A stretch of 64,000 nt of DNA, from positions 434,001 to 498,000 of the forward strand of contig CT868263.1 in NCBI GenBank assembly GCA_000165425.1, in the 5' to 3' direction. This DNA comes from Paramecium tetraurelia (lineage: Eukaryota). A program made the position numbers and the translations under genes. The first letter of the stretch is position 1; each line of letters opens with the position of its first letter. This document shows, one piece after another, positions 27,557 through 39,990 of the stretch. Below the pieces are notes generated by a model. It was not told where the DNA came from, ran no database searches, and was given only the letters and a program-made list of their open reading frames with translations.

Positions 27557-28446
27557 ATGATTAGTGGAGCATTGAGAAGGTCATTTATTGGCAAGGCTCA
27601 CTTTGGTCTAGTCTCAGAATACAATAGCAGAGTCAACTAAAAGTTATACAAAGGAGTTTAAGTCTCTGAAGCACCACAATTTTTCACAACTTCAGCTAGA
27701 CCAGGCAATTTCGGCGATCATATTGATTTCAAAGTACAAATGGACAATTGGTTTGATGAAAACAGGTAATGAGTGCTTAACGAATTGATCATAGAGTGCA
27801 TAACGAACATGAGACCGAGATTAAAAGAACATAAATATATGCATTAAATGCCGTCTATTATGGTGGATTGCTCTCCTTTGCAAGACTATTTGCAGTGGGG
27901 ATAATAGGAAGATTGGATGGATGGAAGAGATATGACAGAGACACTTATCTCGAAATGGAGTAATAATTGAGCATCTAATTTGTTTAGTATTGGAGATTTA
28001 CCCCCTGGAGAAGTCATGCAGATTGTATGGAATGGTACACCAGTATTCATTAGAAGATTGACATAATAAGAAATTAAAGATGAAGACAATTTGCCAAAAG
28101 AGACTATTTTGGATCCTAGGTAATTTAGATTTCTAGCTTCATAGCTCTGAGGTTGTCCTTACCAATTGTGGTAATACTAAGGTATTGGTTGTCAGTGCCT
28201 TGTGTACTCATTTAGGATGCATACCAATCCCATATTTAGGTGCCTATAATGTATTCAGCAAATGATTATGATAGGGTTGGGTTTGTATTTGCCATGGTTC
28301 AGTGTATGATAAATATGCAAGAGTGAGACAAGGACCAGCCTTGTAAGAATTTGCCATTCATCAATAACTCCATCTATGATGATGTGATCGTCTGTATAGA
28401 GGAAATGAAGTTCCCAAGAGAACCAAGTTAGAGATATTGGACTTGA
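27557..28446 (+). CDS. UQCRFS1: Mitochondrial cytochrome bc1 Rieske iron-sulfur protein (apparent +1 frameshift near the 3' end)
   Basis: Presequence-like MISGALRRSF; WNGTPVFIRRLT; boxes CTHLGCIP and CICHGSVYD; RVRQGPAL. The NLP... C-terminus is in the +1 frame after 28347. Confidence 0.9.
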
Positions 28447-28521
28447 ATAGCAGTAATGTTTTTATCTATTATATAACATAAGTTATTTATAACAATATGC
28501 TTTTATTTATGTATATAATAA

Positions 28522-29878
<1,357 letters not shown>

Positions 29879-30046
29879 TACAAAATATTTAAATTAATCC
29901 TTATCTGAAATATATATTTAATATTTTCCACCCAAATATATCATCATCATTATAATTTACTAAAATAATCTCATCGTAGTTGAAATCTACTCGATGATTA
30001 TATTCTATTCCCTATTATGCCTTACTTTTATTATTATTAATACGAA

Positions 30047-32352
30047 ATGAATTTATTAAATGAGATCAACAGTCTTATTAAGACATCACAATACCTCAAA
30101 GCCTTGAAATTACTCATAAGATATGAATACTAAGATTCTGCAGAAATCTGCATTAAAATTGTCAGAAGATATTCATATGTTTGTAATAAGTTACTTTTCA
30201 AGTATTTACTGAAATATGATAAAAAATCACATAAAGTTAAGCCTATCCTTTACAGAGCTTTTGACGCACTCTATCTTTGGAGTCAGTATTTGCAAAAAGA
30301 AGAAACTATACACAAAGTTTTTACACCTAAACGTTTGAGTTGCATGTCACCTCAAGCATCTCAAAAGATCATCAATCAAAGGACTAAAGTTAATAGGAAA
30401 TGGCTCTTTCAATAAAAACGATTATTTCTGTAATCCCTATAAGACACTTTAAAATATCACTATTATTACCTCAAGTTGAGGAAGGAAAATACTTTTGCTT
30501 TGCTAATCTTAAAAAAGTTTATCGTTGTTAGTTATTTCAGCGATTGCAATTTTTAACTCCATCAAAAGTCCATCAATAATAGACAAGAAATGCTCATGAT
30601 CATTGGGTCAGCATACTTTGAAATTAATTCAATGTAACAAACCATAGATCATCTATACTTATCGATTATTTTAGGATTAGAAAAAACAGTTATTCCTCTT
30701 TTCTACTTAAAAGAACAATTGAGAATATCACAATCAGATAAGCAATTTTAAAAATAGATTATGAAGTCTACTTCCATTATTGTTGCCTCAATATCTCTAT
30801 TAGCAAAAGCACATGAATTGAAAGGCGAAATTTAAGAAATGCAGACTTGTATTTCATTTTCCAAGTTTGTTTGCACCATTCTGATTTTCTTTGAAAAATG
30901 TTTTGAATTACAAAAGGTTATTGAATCAATTGATAACAATAAATTAGATACTTATTCCCTTTATCTATAAGAAAATGGAGAACTCATAAGATTTGCTAAA
31001 TTTCTAACTGATTATTAAATCCAAAAAAGCAGCACTAGCTTCACTCCAAGAACATTGTAGGAAGAGTTACTTGAAAAAAGACTAAAAATAGCTGAATAAC
31101 CATAAGTCATAGTTAGCAATCATCATTAAATTGAAATTGAAGAAACCAATCATTTTCATAAGAAAACCAACAGTGAATTAACTGATACAACCTTAGCGTC
31201 TGGAAGACCAAGCAAATGTGGAACTGAAATTTAGTTTTTTAATGATTCTTTAGGATTGACGAGTATTTCAATTTAACAACCCTCAGAATTCTAAAAATAC
31301 AGGAAATTTACAAAGGTTCATAAATATAAAAAAAGTGGAAACAACTTTTTAGCAAAACTTCTATAATTAAGTGAACACAACAAACATGAGGAATATCAGT
31401 TATAAGCCAAGTAAATCAAAAAGGAAAGTTCCTTTAGAACTTTGGAATAAGAAATTAATAACATAATCGATAGAAGGCTACCAAGAAATCATGTGCCCTT
31501 TGAATAATCTTAACTCTTATGCACCAAATTAATTAAGTAAGAATCTGAGTAGAGAAAAGAATTTCCATTTGCTTATGATATGTTAAAATTCAAATAAGAA
31601 TTTGGAAGTGGGCTATGCATTTTAGAGGAAAATATTTAAGAAGTAAATATTCTCAATTTCATATTTAGTTTAATAAACATTTTGAATTTAATGTGTTAAT
31701 GTACTTTGATTACTTGACTTAAAGTAAGGAGAGTGCGATGAGTAATTTGAAATACAATTAAAACTTTTCTAAACTAAGATTGGCTGAATAAAAATTGATA
31801 TAATCAAGGAATCTGGTTTTAAAAAAGCAAGTTGAGTCCATTCAATAAGAAAAGGAAGAGGAAAAAAAGAAAGATACAGAGAATGAAACTTAAGCAAACT
31901 TATTATTTGAAACCGTACAAAAGAGAAAGACTATGCTTTTTAACATTCTAGGGGCGAATGATACTCCGATAAAAACCCCATAAACAAATGAAAGCAAAGT
32001 GTAAAAATATGAAAAAAATGTGTTTAAATTCCCTTCTACAAATACAACACCAAAACACAATTCTCTAACTGAATAAATAAGACAATTTAGTGCCCAAAGA
32101 GAAAAACAAATATCATAACAATTTTTTAATAAAGCCTAAACAACAATCAAGGCTCAACTATTAGAGAGTGAATTTTTAATTGAATAAAAGTAGAATCTTA
32201 AAAACTATTCTGAACCTCCTGAATTATTATTAACCAAATTAGGGAATAATGATGAGTTGGCTAATTCGGTAAAACATTTGAAAGCATCAGGATTTTAAAA
32301 GATCTTATTAAAAAAAAGGAAGACAACAAAACTGGCTTCTACAAAGTTGTGA
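30047..32352 (+). CDS. Hypothetical protein (~759 aa), helical
   Basis: Continuous code-6 frame with one 26-nt intron (31643-31668); the spliced length is divisible by 3. Confidence 0.7.
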
Positions 32353-32442
32353 CTTTGGAATTAAAAGTTGATTACAATATATTTCATATTTTATGTTATT
32401 TCTACAGATTACACTTAGGATATACTTTAGTATTGATTTAAT

Positions 32443-35411
32443 TCAGAAAACCTTGAATACTTTCTTTTATATTTAGACTTTATAAGATATTATTCAAGAT
32501 TTGGTTTAGCTAATATGCTTTATTGATTAGGATCTTGCAAATGATTTTCTCAATCTCTTTCGTTTTAGTTTTAATGGTAACTTTTTATTTACTTTTTTCA
32601 ATTTCCCAACTACAATATCCAAATTAAATCGAGTGTCATAAAATTCCATTTACTTTTGTGTATCAACATCACATTCTTTAGATGCCATAATTTTAGCAAT
32701 ATCCATTTCAATCAATTGTACTTGATCCACATCAAATGTTCTTACAAGTTAAGCTGAATGATAGGCTTATGGTGTTTATTATCCTTATTATTAGGTCTAT
32801 AATGTAAGAGCAATTGTCTATTAAAATTATGTTTGTAAAGGATCCTCATCTGCCCTTTCACTTTATTCAAGTTTCATCTAATTTAAGATTAAGGTGGCTC
32901 TTTTAGCACTGGATTTATATTTTCTTTCTTATTGGCCCTACTCTCTCTCAATTTATCCGGAGTTTCTATTTTATTAACCCACTTTTTAAATAGAAATTCT
33001 TGTTTGCTTTTTTTTTGATTTCATAGATTAATTATCTTTATTATTATTATCGGAGACTTTTCTTCTCGAATCTCTTCTAATTTGTAATTGATTTTAAGAT
33101 TTAATTGGTTTATACTCCGATTCATTATCCGAATTAGTCAAACTAGGTTCCATATCTTCATAAGCTGAATCCTATTAGAAATTGAATTTGTTTGATGTAA
33201 TAAATTCAGAATTGGGACCAATTTCATTTAATAATCCTTAATATGCACAATAGTTAAATGCTGTAGATTATAGGTTTCTTAATTATCCTAATGAGTTCTA
33301 TTAAATAGTAATTAATTTACATTACATTATGAAGTCTCTCCTCTCTAGATCGCATTTAATACATTCTATGTTACTTTTCATCATGATCATTTTTTTTAAA
33401 TAATCTTAAACTATTTGGTGTATAGAATACGAAAGGACACTTAATGAAATCATGATTCTGATGACACAATTCGCATCCACCCATTTTGACTCTTCCACCA
33501 AATTCTATTTGATGTTTAACCTAGTAGAAGTGTTCTCTATCTTCTTGATTATATTTGAGTAGATCTTGTAGATCATCATATGTGATGTAGGCTAATTTTG
33601 AAAATTTAATAGCTCTTGTCGAAAACAAAGCTGGGTGTTGAGAAACGAATGACTTTTCATCAATAGCTTAATTCCTTGAATAGATTTTAATGGTTTTATT
33701 GTTACTTATATAGGCTTCTACTTCTCCTTTGAGTATGAAGTAAATCTTGTCAACTTTTTATCTAATCATTAATTTTTAATTACCCTTCAACAGAGATAAT
33801 TTCTTCTGGTACGAATGATTATTCTTTAACTAGAATGCACAACTTTTCAATGAATTGAGCAGAAAAGTTCTGCCTGATTAGTTTAGAAGCACATAACAAA
33901 TTTTTGTAAAAATCAATCTTTACTTCCTTATTTAGGCTTCCAGATAGATGATACATTAATTTTTCACATTCTGATTCTTAATCTCTTTCTTATTTCAAAA
34001 AATATTCAAAGAATTTCTTTACTTTCACCTACAAATCCTTATTCAATCCTCTTTTCTTAAGGAAAGAATCAATCACTGTCATTCTATCTCTTAAATAGTT
34101 TTTATTCTCGCTCATTTAAGCAAAAATAGACCCTATGCTTGAAATTGTATATCCAAATATTATTGAACTTAAAAGAGTTACAAAAATTACAAATATCTTC
34201 TCGTATTGAGTAACCTATCGATAATTATGATAATTTATACTGGTATAATATCTCCATAACCGATAGTTAACGTTGTAATACAAGCCCAATAAAAACTTGT
34301 AATGTATCTGGCCTTCCAATTATCCTCATCCAAATTGGCTCTTTGAATCCATGTGTTCTCTTCAAATGCAGCTTCTTAGATTGCTATAAAATGCCAAATG
34401 CAGGCTATGATGTGTGATGCAAATAAGAAAGTTGACATTAAAGAGATTATATCAACCGCTGATGCAAAATTTACTCTGAGATTCATAGTTTCAACAATAT
34501 TTTCGAAAATATACATAACCTTAGAGGATAATACAAATAAATACTCTGGATACTCTGAATAGCAACACAAATTCTATGTATGGAACATTAGATCGGCCTA
34601 TCATAAAGGGTATGAGAACTATAAAATCAAGAGCAAATTTGCCTTTCAAATAGTGTTTGAAAATTTATCCTCTATTCAAAACTAACACTCCTCTTGAGTA
34701 GTAAGCCACATTAAAATTGAGCAGTATTTCAAAAACAAAGACATACTAAGGCAAAGTGTCTAACAATAAATTCGCTCCATCAACCACACTTATTTCAAAT
34801 GAAATCTTTAGAGGTATATATATGATATTTATTAGAAGTATGAAAAAAACTAAAACATCCCAATAAAGCTTATATGAGTTATCAGGTTTTATGGGTTTAA
34901 TAATTGACGAAAAAACTTGAAAAAAACCTAGGTACTATTTAATTTTTGTCTCTATTAATTCCTTAGAATAATTAGATAAATTACTAATGAACCTTTCTTA
35001 GACTTGCCTCTAATTAATTTTTGTGTTACATAAAAGTTAAAATCAGAAGCTTAATCTCCAATAACTTTGAATTGTCTGTGGTCTAAATAACGTAATTTAA
35101 ATTTATCCGAATTAGTCAATAGATAAGTAACAAATCGAGCGACAAGAACTATAATATTCAATGCTCTATCCTTCCAAACTTTATTTTTAAATCCTTATTT
35201 GGCTTCAAAATCATCCGAATCTTAAGAAAGAATGCTCAATTCACTAACATCTCTGGAAAGCTTTATTTTATCGAGCATTGTGAGTTAAGATTGTTTCATC
35301 TTAAAGTTATTTAAGAATTCATCATCTTGAATGATACTGTCAAATTTTACTCATGTACACAATAGAGCTTGCCATGTTAGGGCTAGAAAGCGGTTCTTCG
35401 TACGCAGACAT
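32443..35411 (-). CDS. Voltage-gated K+ channel with a cyclic-nucleotide-binding domain (EAG/HCN-like)
   Basis: IGDQASDF, IKPDNSYKLYWD, HIIACIWHFI, pore RYITSFYWACITTLTIGYGD, C-linker and cNBD-like region. A 22-nt intron (35337-35358) joins the ATG at 35411. Confidence 0.92.
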
Positions 35412-35550
35412 AAAAATTTAATAATTAAAATTGAATATTCATAACTTAATGGCAATGCCACTTTCATTATTAATAGCAGTACAAACACTATTAAAATATA
35501 TAAATAGTAAATAAGTTGATTGGATTAATATAAATTTTATTTCTTAACAA

Positions 35551-36575
35551 ATGATCAATACGACAACCAAAAGAGAGGAAAGCTTTCTGACCACAAAAGT
35601 ATCTGATCGTGTGATTACAGTTGAAAATGAATAAAGATCGACTTACAACTTTGTTAGAAGAAATTATTTGACAACTACATTTGCCACACTTGCAGGCAGA
35701 CAATCAAATGGAGTCTATAATGTTGCTTTCAATACCCCATGTTGCCAACCTTGTCCATAGCCTTGTCCACAACCTTAAGCAATGCCCATGCCAATTTATA
35801 TTCCAATGCCATATCCATAATAATGTGAAAAGGAGTGCCATTGTGAAGAAGAAGAATAATATAAGGAGGAAGTTCTTATATTGAGACAAAGAGTGGCTGA
35901 ATTATTAAACAGATAGCCATAAGTAAAAGTAGAAAAAGAGACAGTCAAAGTTGAAAATACAACTAGAGTATTCTAGCAATTTAAATTTTTAGATAGCAGA
36001 TTTGTCTATGGAAATAGAGAGATTAAAAATCAATCTTAGAAATGAATAGGATAGATTGAGATAAAAAGAGGGAGAATATTTGGAATTGAGAAGTGACAAT
36101 TCATCATAATCTTTGAAAGATAGGTTGGCAATCTTAGAAGTATTTTCATTTTAATAAAATAGAGTTAATTATACAATTCAAAATTGGATTTAGAAAAACT
36201 ATAAGGCCTTCTTCAAGCAAAGCTTTAAGAATTAGATGAATGGGAATAAAGATATCACCATATGGAAAGCACTGTCACTGTAGAAAGTACTGAAACTGTG
36301 ACTTTAACTAATGTAATCTCTTATTCACTATGAAGGAAGTTGAAGTTTGGAAGTCAAGATTTAAGAAATTAAACAATGACTTTTTTGAAACATAAGAAAA
36401 ATTGATTATGGCATAAGCTGAATTAGAAGCACTTAAAAAGGGCGGTGTCACTGAAGTTAAATCTGTGACTGTCCAATAGAATGTGACTAGTTCCTCTGTA
36501 AACAGAGTAATTGAACAATCCTCAAGAGGATCTAGAATCGTTGATCCAAATCTGGTCGGAAAACTATATCCCTGA
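35551..36575 (+). CDS. Coiled-coil protein with a Pro/Cys-rich N-terminal segment (probable cortical cytoskeleton protein)
   Basis: PCCQPCPQPCPQPQAMPMPIYIPMPYP followed by heptad-rich helices (EEVLILRQRVAELL, EVEVWKSRFKKLN); three micro-introns. Confidence 0.7.
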
Positions 36576-36633
36576 AAGCTTTTGAATCATAAGTGAAAAG
36601 ACAATATAAAAAATATTAATATAAATAATTATA

Positions 36634-36644
36634 AAAATAAAAAA
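36634..36644 (-). terminator. Pol III oligo-T terminator of the tRNA
   Basis: T-runs on the minus strand (plus-strand aaaaataaaaaa) immediately 3' of the tRNA acceptor stem. Confidence 0.7.
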
Positions 36645-36715
36645 GGACCTACTTGGATTCGAACCAAGGTCTTGAGGGTTAAAGCCTCAGGTACTAACCA
36701 CTATACGATAGATCC
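36644..36715 (-). tRNA. trnQ-UUA: tRNA-Gln with anticodon UUA (reads UAA/UAG as Gln)
   Basis: GGATCTA-TC-GTAT-AGTGGTTA-GTAC-C-TGAGG-CTTTAAC-CCTCA-AGAC-CTTGG-TTCGAAT-CCAAG-TAGGTCC-T. All four stems pair, the anticodon TTA is at 36682-36680, and A/B boxes are present. Confidence 0.95.
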
Positions 36716-37270
36716 TGTAGTTATTCTTTTACTTATCCAAAACTATTTCAATATATCTATTTACAAAGAATACATAATTTATTATAAGAGAAGTAATAAT
36801 TAATTTAGGTTACTAGTGACTCAATTTAATTTTAATTTGATCACAGTATTAACATACACAATAAAGACACTCGAAGAAATCATAATCGCATTACTTAATA
36901 ATGATTAGTAAATATCATAAAATTTAACAAAAATCATTTTTTCGATAATTTCATAAATTGTATATATTACAGAAGTATAAAAATTTTGTTCTACTTTTAA
37001 TAATAAAGACTTGAATTAGCTTTAGTATTGATAATTGTAGCCTAAATCACAATATATCTTTTAATAAAAACTTGATGAATTACTAAAATTAATCGTTTAG
37101 AATTATATACAAATATTTCTCCTTTAATCATCAACAATGTAATTATCTTAATCTGTATTAATCTTTGATAAATTTGATATATATAAAAATAATTGAGAAT
37201 AAAATGATAAAATGTTTATAAATCTTGTAATACATCAAAAAAAAGAATTGTTAAATTATTCAATCAATCC

Positions 37271-38763
37271 TCAAATATTTGGACTTAAGCATTTCTTTAA
37301 AACACTATAACGTGGTTTTATAGAACTTGCTTTTTCATCTGATAATAATCTTGATGAAATGAAATTTTCAGTTTATGGACTTTAAGAATGATTTTATGAG
37401 ATCTTAGAATCTGAAGAATCAGAGATTGTTGGTAGTTTGAGAATATATTGGAAATTAGAGATTATTTATTATTCCTTTATAGAACATTTAGGAGCAAATC
37501 TAGACGTACGCTTAAAATCATGGTTGAACTATTGAGGTATTCCCTAAATTTTAGATGCACGTCGAGCTGTTGCAAGCTTGAAGACGTCGAAATTTAATAT
37601 TTCTGAGCACTTTAATGAATCCATTTAAGTCTTGCCTTTTAAGGTAAAGAAAATTTCAAAAAATTACAACAAAAGTGGATTTAAGTCCAAAAACTCTAGA
37701 TCTGACATACTTTCATAGTTTTTCATTAATAATTCGTCTAAAATTTAGGTTTCTTGATAAAGTTTCTTTGAAAAGATACTGTAGATTATGATGCCTAAGG
37801 ATAGTATATCCTTTTTTCTAATAAATTAAATGAGTGAAGTTTAATCATAAAAATTGAGATTTTTTGAGCTTACCATATTTTGTTATATAATTTCAGATTT
37901 TCCAAAGTTGATTATGCAGGCTGATGTTAAATCTTGCTAATCTCTAAGGAGAATATTGTCGAATCTAATATCTTAATGAAATATGTTTCTTTCGTGCATA
38001 TAATTGAGTGATTTGAATAAGGTTTACATCAAGATTACTGTCTCTTATTCAGAATATCTGAATCTGAATATTGAATTTTTCAAATGTCCTCCTTCTAACA
38101 AATCTGAAACTATAAATATTTTGTCATCACTCTCAAATGTCTCATGTAATTTAAGTAAGTTATTGTGATTAATTTAACGAAGAATAGTAAGCTCGTTAAT
38201 TAACTAATGCCTTTCACTAGCGTTATTTCTTTAAACTAAACTCTTATCAATTATTTTTACGGCTACCTTTTATCCATTTATGATTTTAAAAGCCTTAAAT
38301 ACCTAAGATAATTTTAAGAATTACTGAAGAGCTAAATCTCTCACTTAATTTTTAACCTAATTTGTACTTTAATGAGAAGTCAGTTTGGATTACAAATTTC
38401 TTTATTTATTTCCACATTTCTATTATCTCTCCAAAAAACTCAACAAATTATCCATTTTTGCTTATTCGTAACCCTAATTATTGTGTTTTTGGATGCAATG
38501 CCTTCTTAACGCAAACATTCTCAAGGTTAATATGTCTTTCTCCTTTCTTCCATGAACTAAATATATACTTCTTCAATTATTCTCATTATGAATTCGTGCA
38601 AAAATATCGTCACAGTATATTGTCGATTATTAGATTTCATGAGAAAAGTTCCAAATAATGTAAACTCCGTTTAGAATTGTGGAGTATTGCAAAACAATTC
38701 CTTCCCATCATTAAAGAAAGATGATTTAGAATAATCAGATTGCAGAGTAATCGTTTTTTTCAT
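37271..38763 (-). CDS. Pseudokinase of the same PH-like/CAMK family as 24235-25681
   Basis: VAVK is kept. The Gly loop is replaced (LSERFSSSV), HRD becomes HQDIRFDN, DFG becomes NFG, there is no APE, and DxWS becomes DILSLG. Confidence 0.8.
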
Positions 38764-39301
38764 TAAAGAATGAAATATTTTCTTTCAATAATTATATTAT
38801 CAATTCATACACTCATTACAAATTGAAATGATATATATAATGATAGATTTTAAAAGTTCATTTGATTTTGGTTTATTTTAGTAAATATTTGATAAATTTA
38901 TTTTGAATCTGACCAAGTCATCATTATTTTCTGAAAATTCAAAATTTTGGTTAAATCAATTGTCGAAATTATATAAGATTCAAATGGATAGGTATATATC
39001 TATTTCCCTAATATTTTATATAAACTAATAAGAAATATTTATTAATTGGAGAATTTTCTTATCTCATAATTATAAAATACAAATTTACTTATAACATAGA
39101 ATTCCATCAAATAAGATTTTATATAAATTCGTTTCAAGTTGGGTAATTTTATCGTTTAGGATAGAGCAGTACTTTGTAGAAATTTATGACATTATTCATT
39201 TTGGTTTTATATTCGAAATAAAATACAATTAGATTTTTTATCAATAATACTGAATAATTATAATTGGATAATAATTTTCTGAAGGAACAAAAGTAGAAAC
39301 A

Positions 39302-39784
39302 TCATTTTTATTTTCTCTTTAATAATTCTCCCAGTTACCTTTGTTAAGTGATACTGAATGGGATCGAAGAATCCACATTCTTAAATTTCACAGTTTTCGT
39401 TTGTTTAGAAGTGTTTTTCACATTTTTCTTAAGTATACTTCTACTAACATTTATTGAATTTTCATAGGATGAGTTCATATTATTAGAATCAAAATCAAGT
39501 AAGGAACCAAATATATTATTGGAATTAGTTTAAGCTTTCTCGTTTTTTTACAATGAGCCCTATACAAATTCTTGATCAGTGTGATTAGTTGAAGAGGCAG
39601 CTTGTTATCCTTTTGGTTATTCCTCTGTTATTCCTTTGTTTATCTCAAAATGAGAAATGAATTTTGTGTTTATTAAATAATAAGTGGCATATTGAGGACC
39701 AAAATAATCAGTATTATTTTGTTCAGAATAACTTTCAGAGAGTCTATCAGTTTACTATTTACAACAATTTGCACTCTATCCCAT
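39302..39784 (-). CDS. Small, putatively dually acylated protein (160 aa) with PP1-docking-like motifs
   Basis: Intronless 483-nt frame; starts MGQSANCCK; contains RSILKK and KTVKF. Confidence 0.7.
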
Positions 39785-39990
39785 TTAATTATAATTAATT
39801 AGATATTTCTAAGGAATTAAAATTGGGTAAATTTGCTGGAGATATTTTATATAAAAAACAGATAATAAGAAAATCCTATCATTTATTGATTACAGAGAGG
39901 TATTAATAATAAATTTTTGCCTGTATTTGAAGAGGAAATATATTTTATTCATAAATAAAATTAAAATAAATCTTTTTCAAGATCAAAACC

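Noticed and set aside
35337..35358. Apparent frameshift near the K+ channel start
   Set aside because: It is explained by a normal 22-nt GTA..CAG intron.
36644..36715. tRNA as a nonsense suppressor, or as a sign of Sec/Pyl recoding
   Set aside because: The body is an ordinary 72-nt Gln-type tRNA, and TAA/TAG are sense codons throughout the window.
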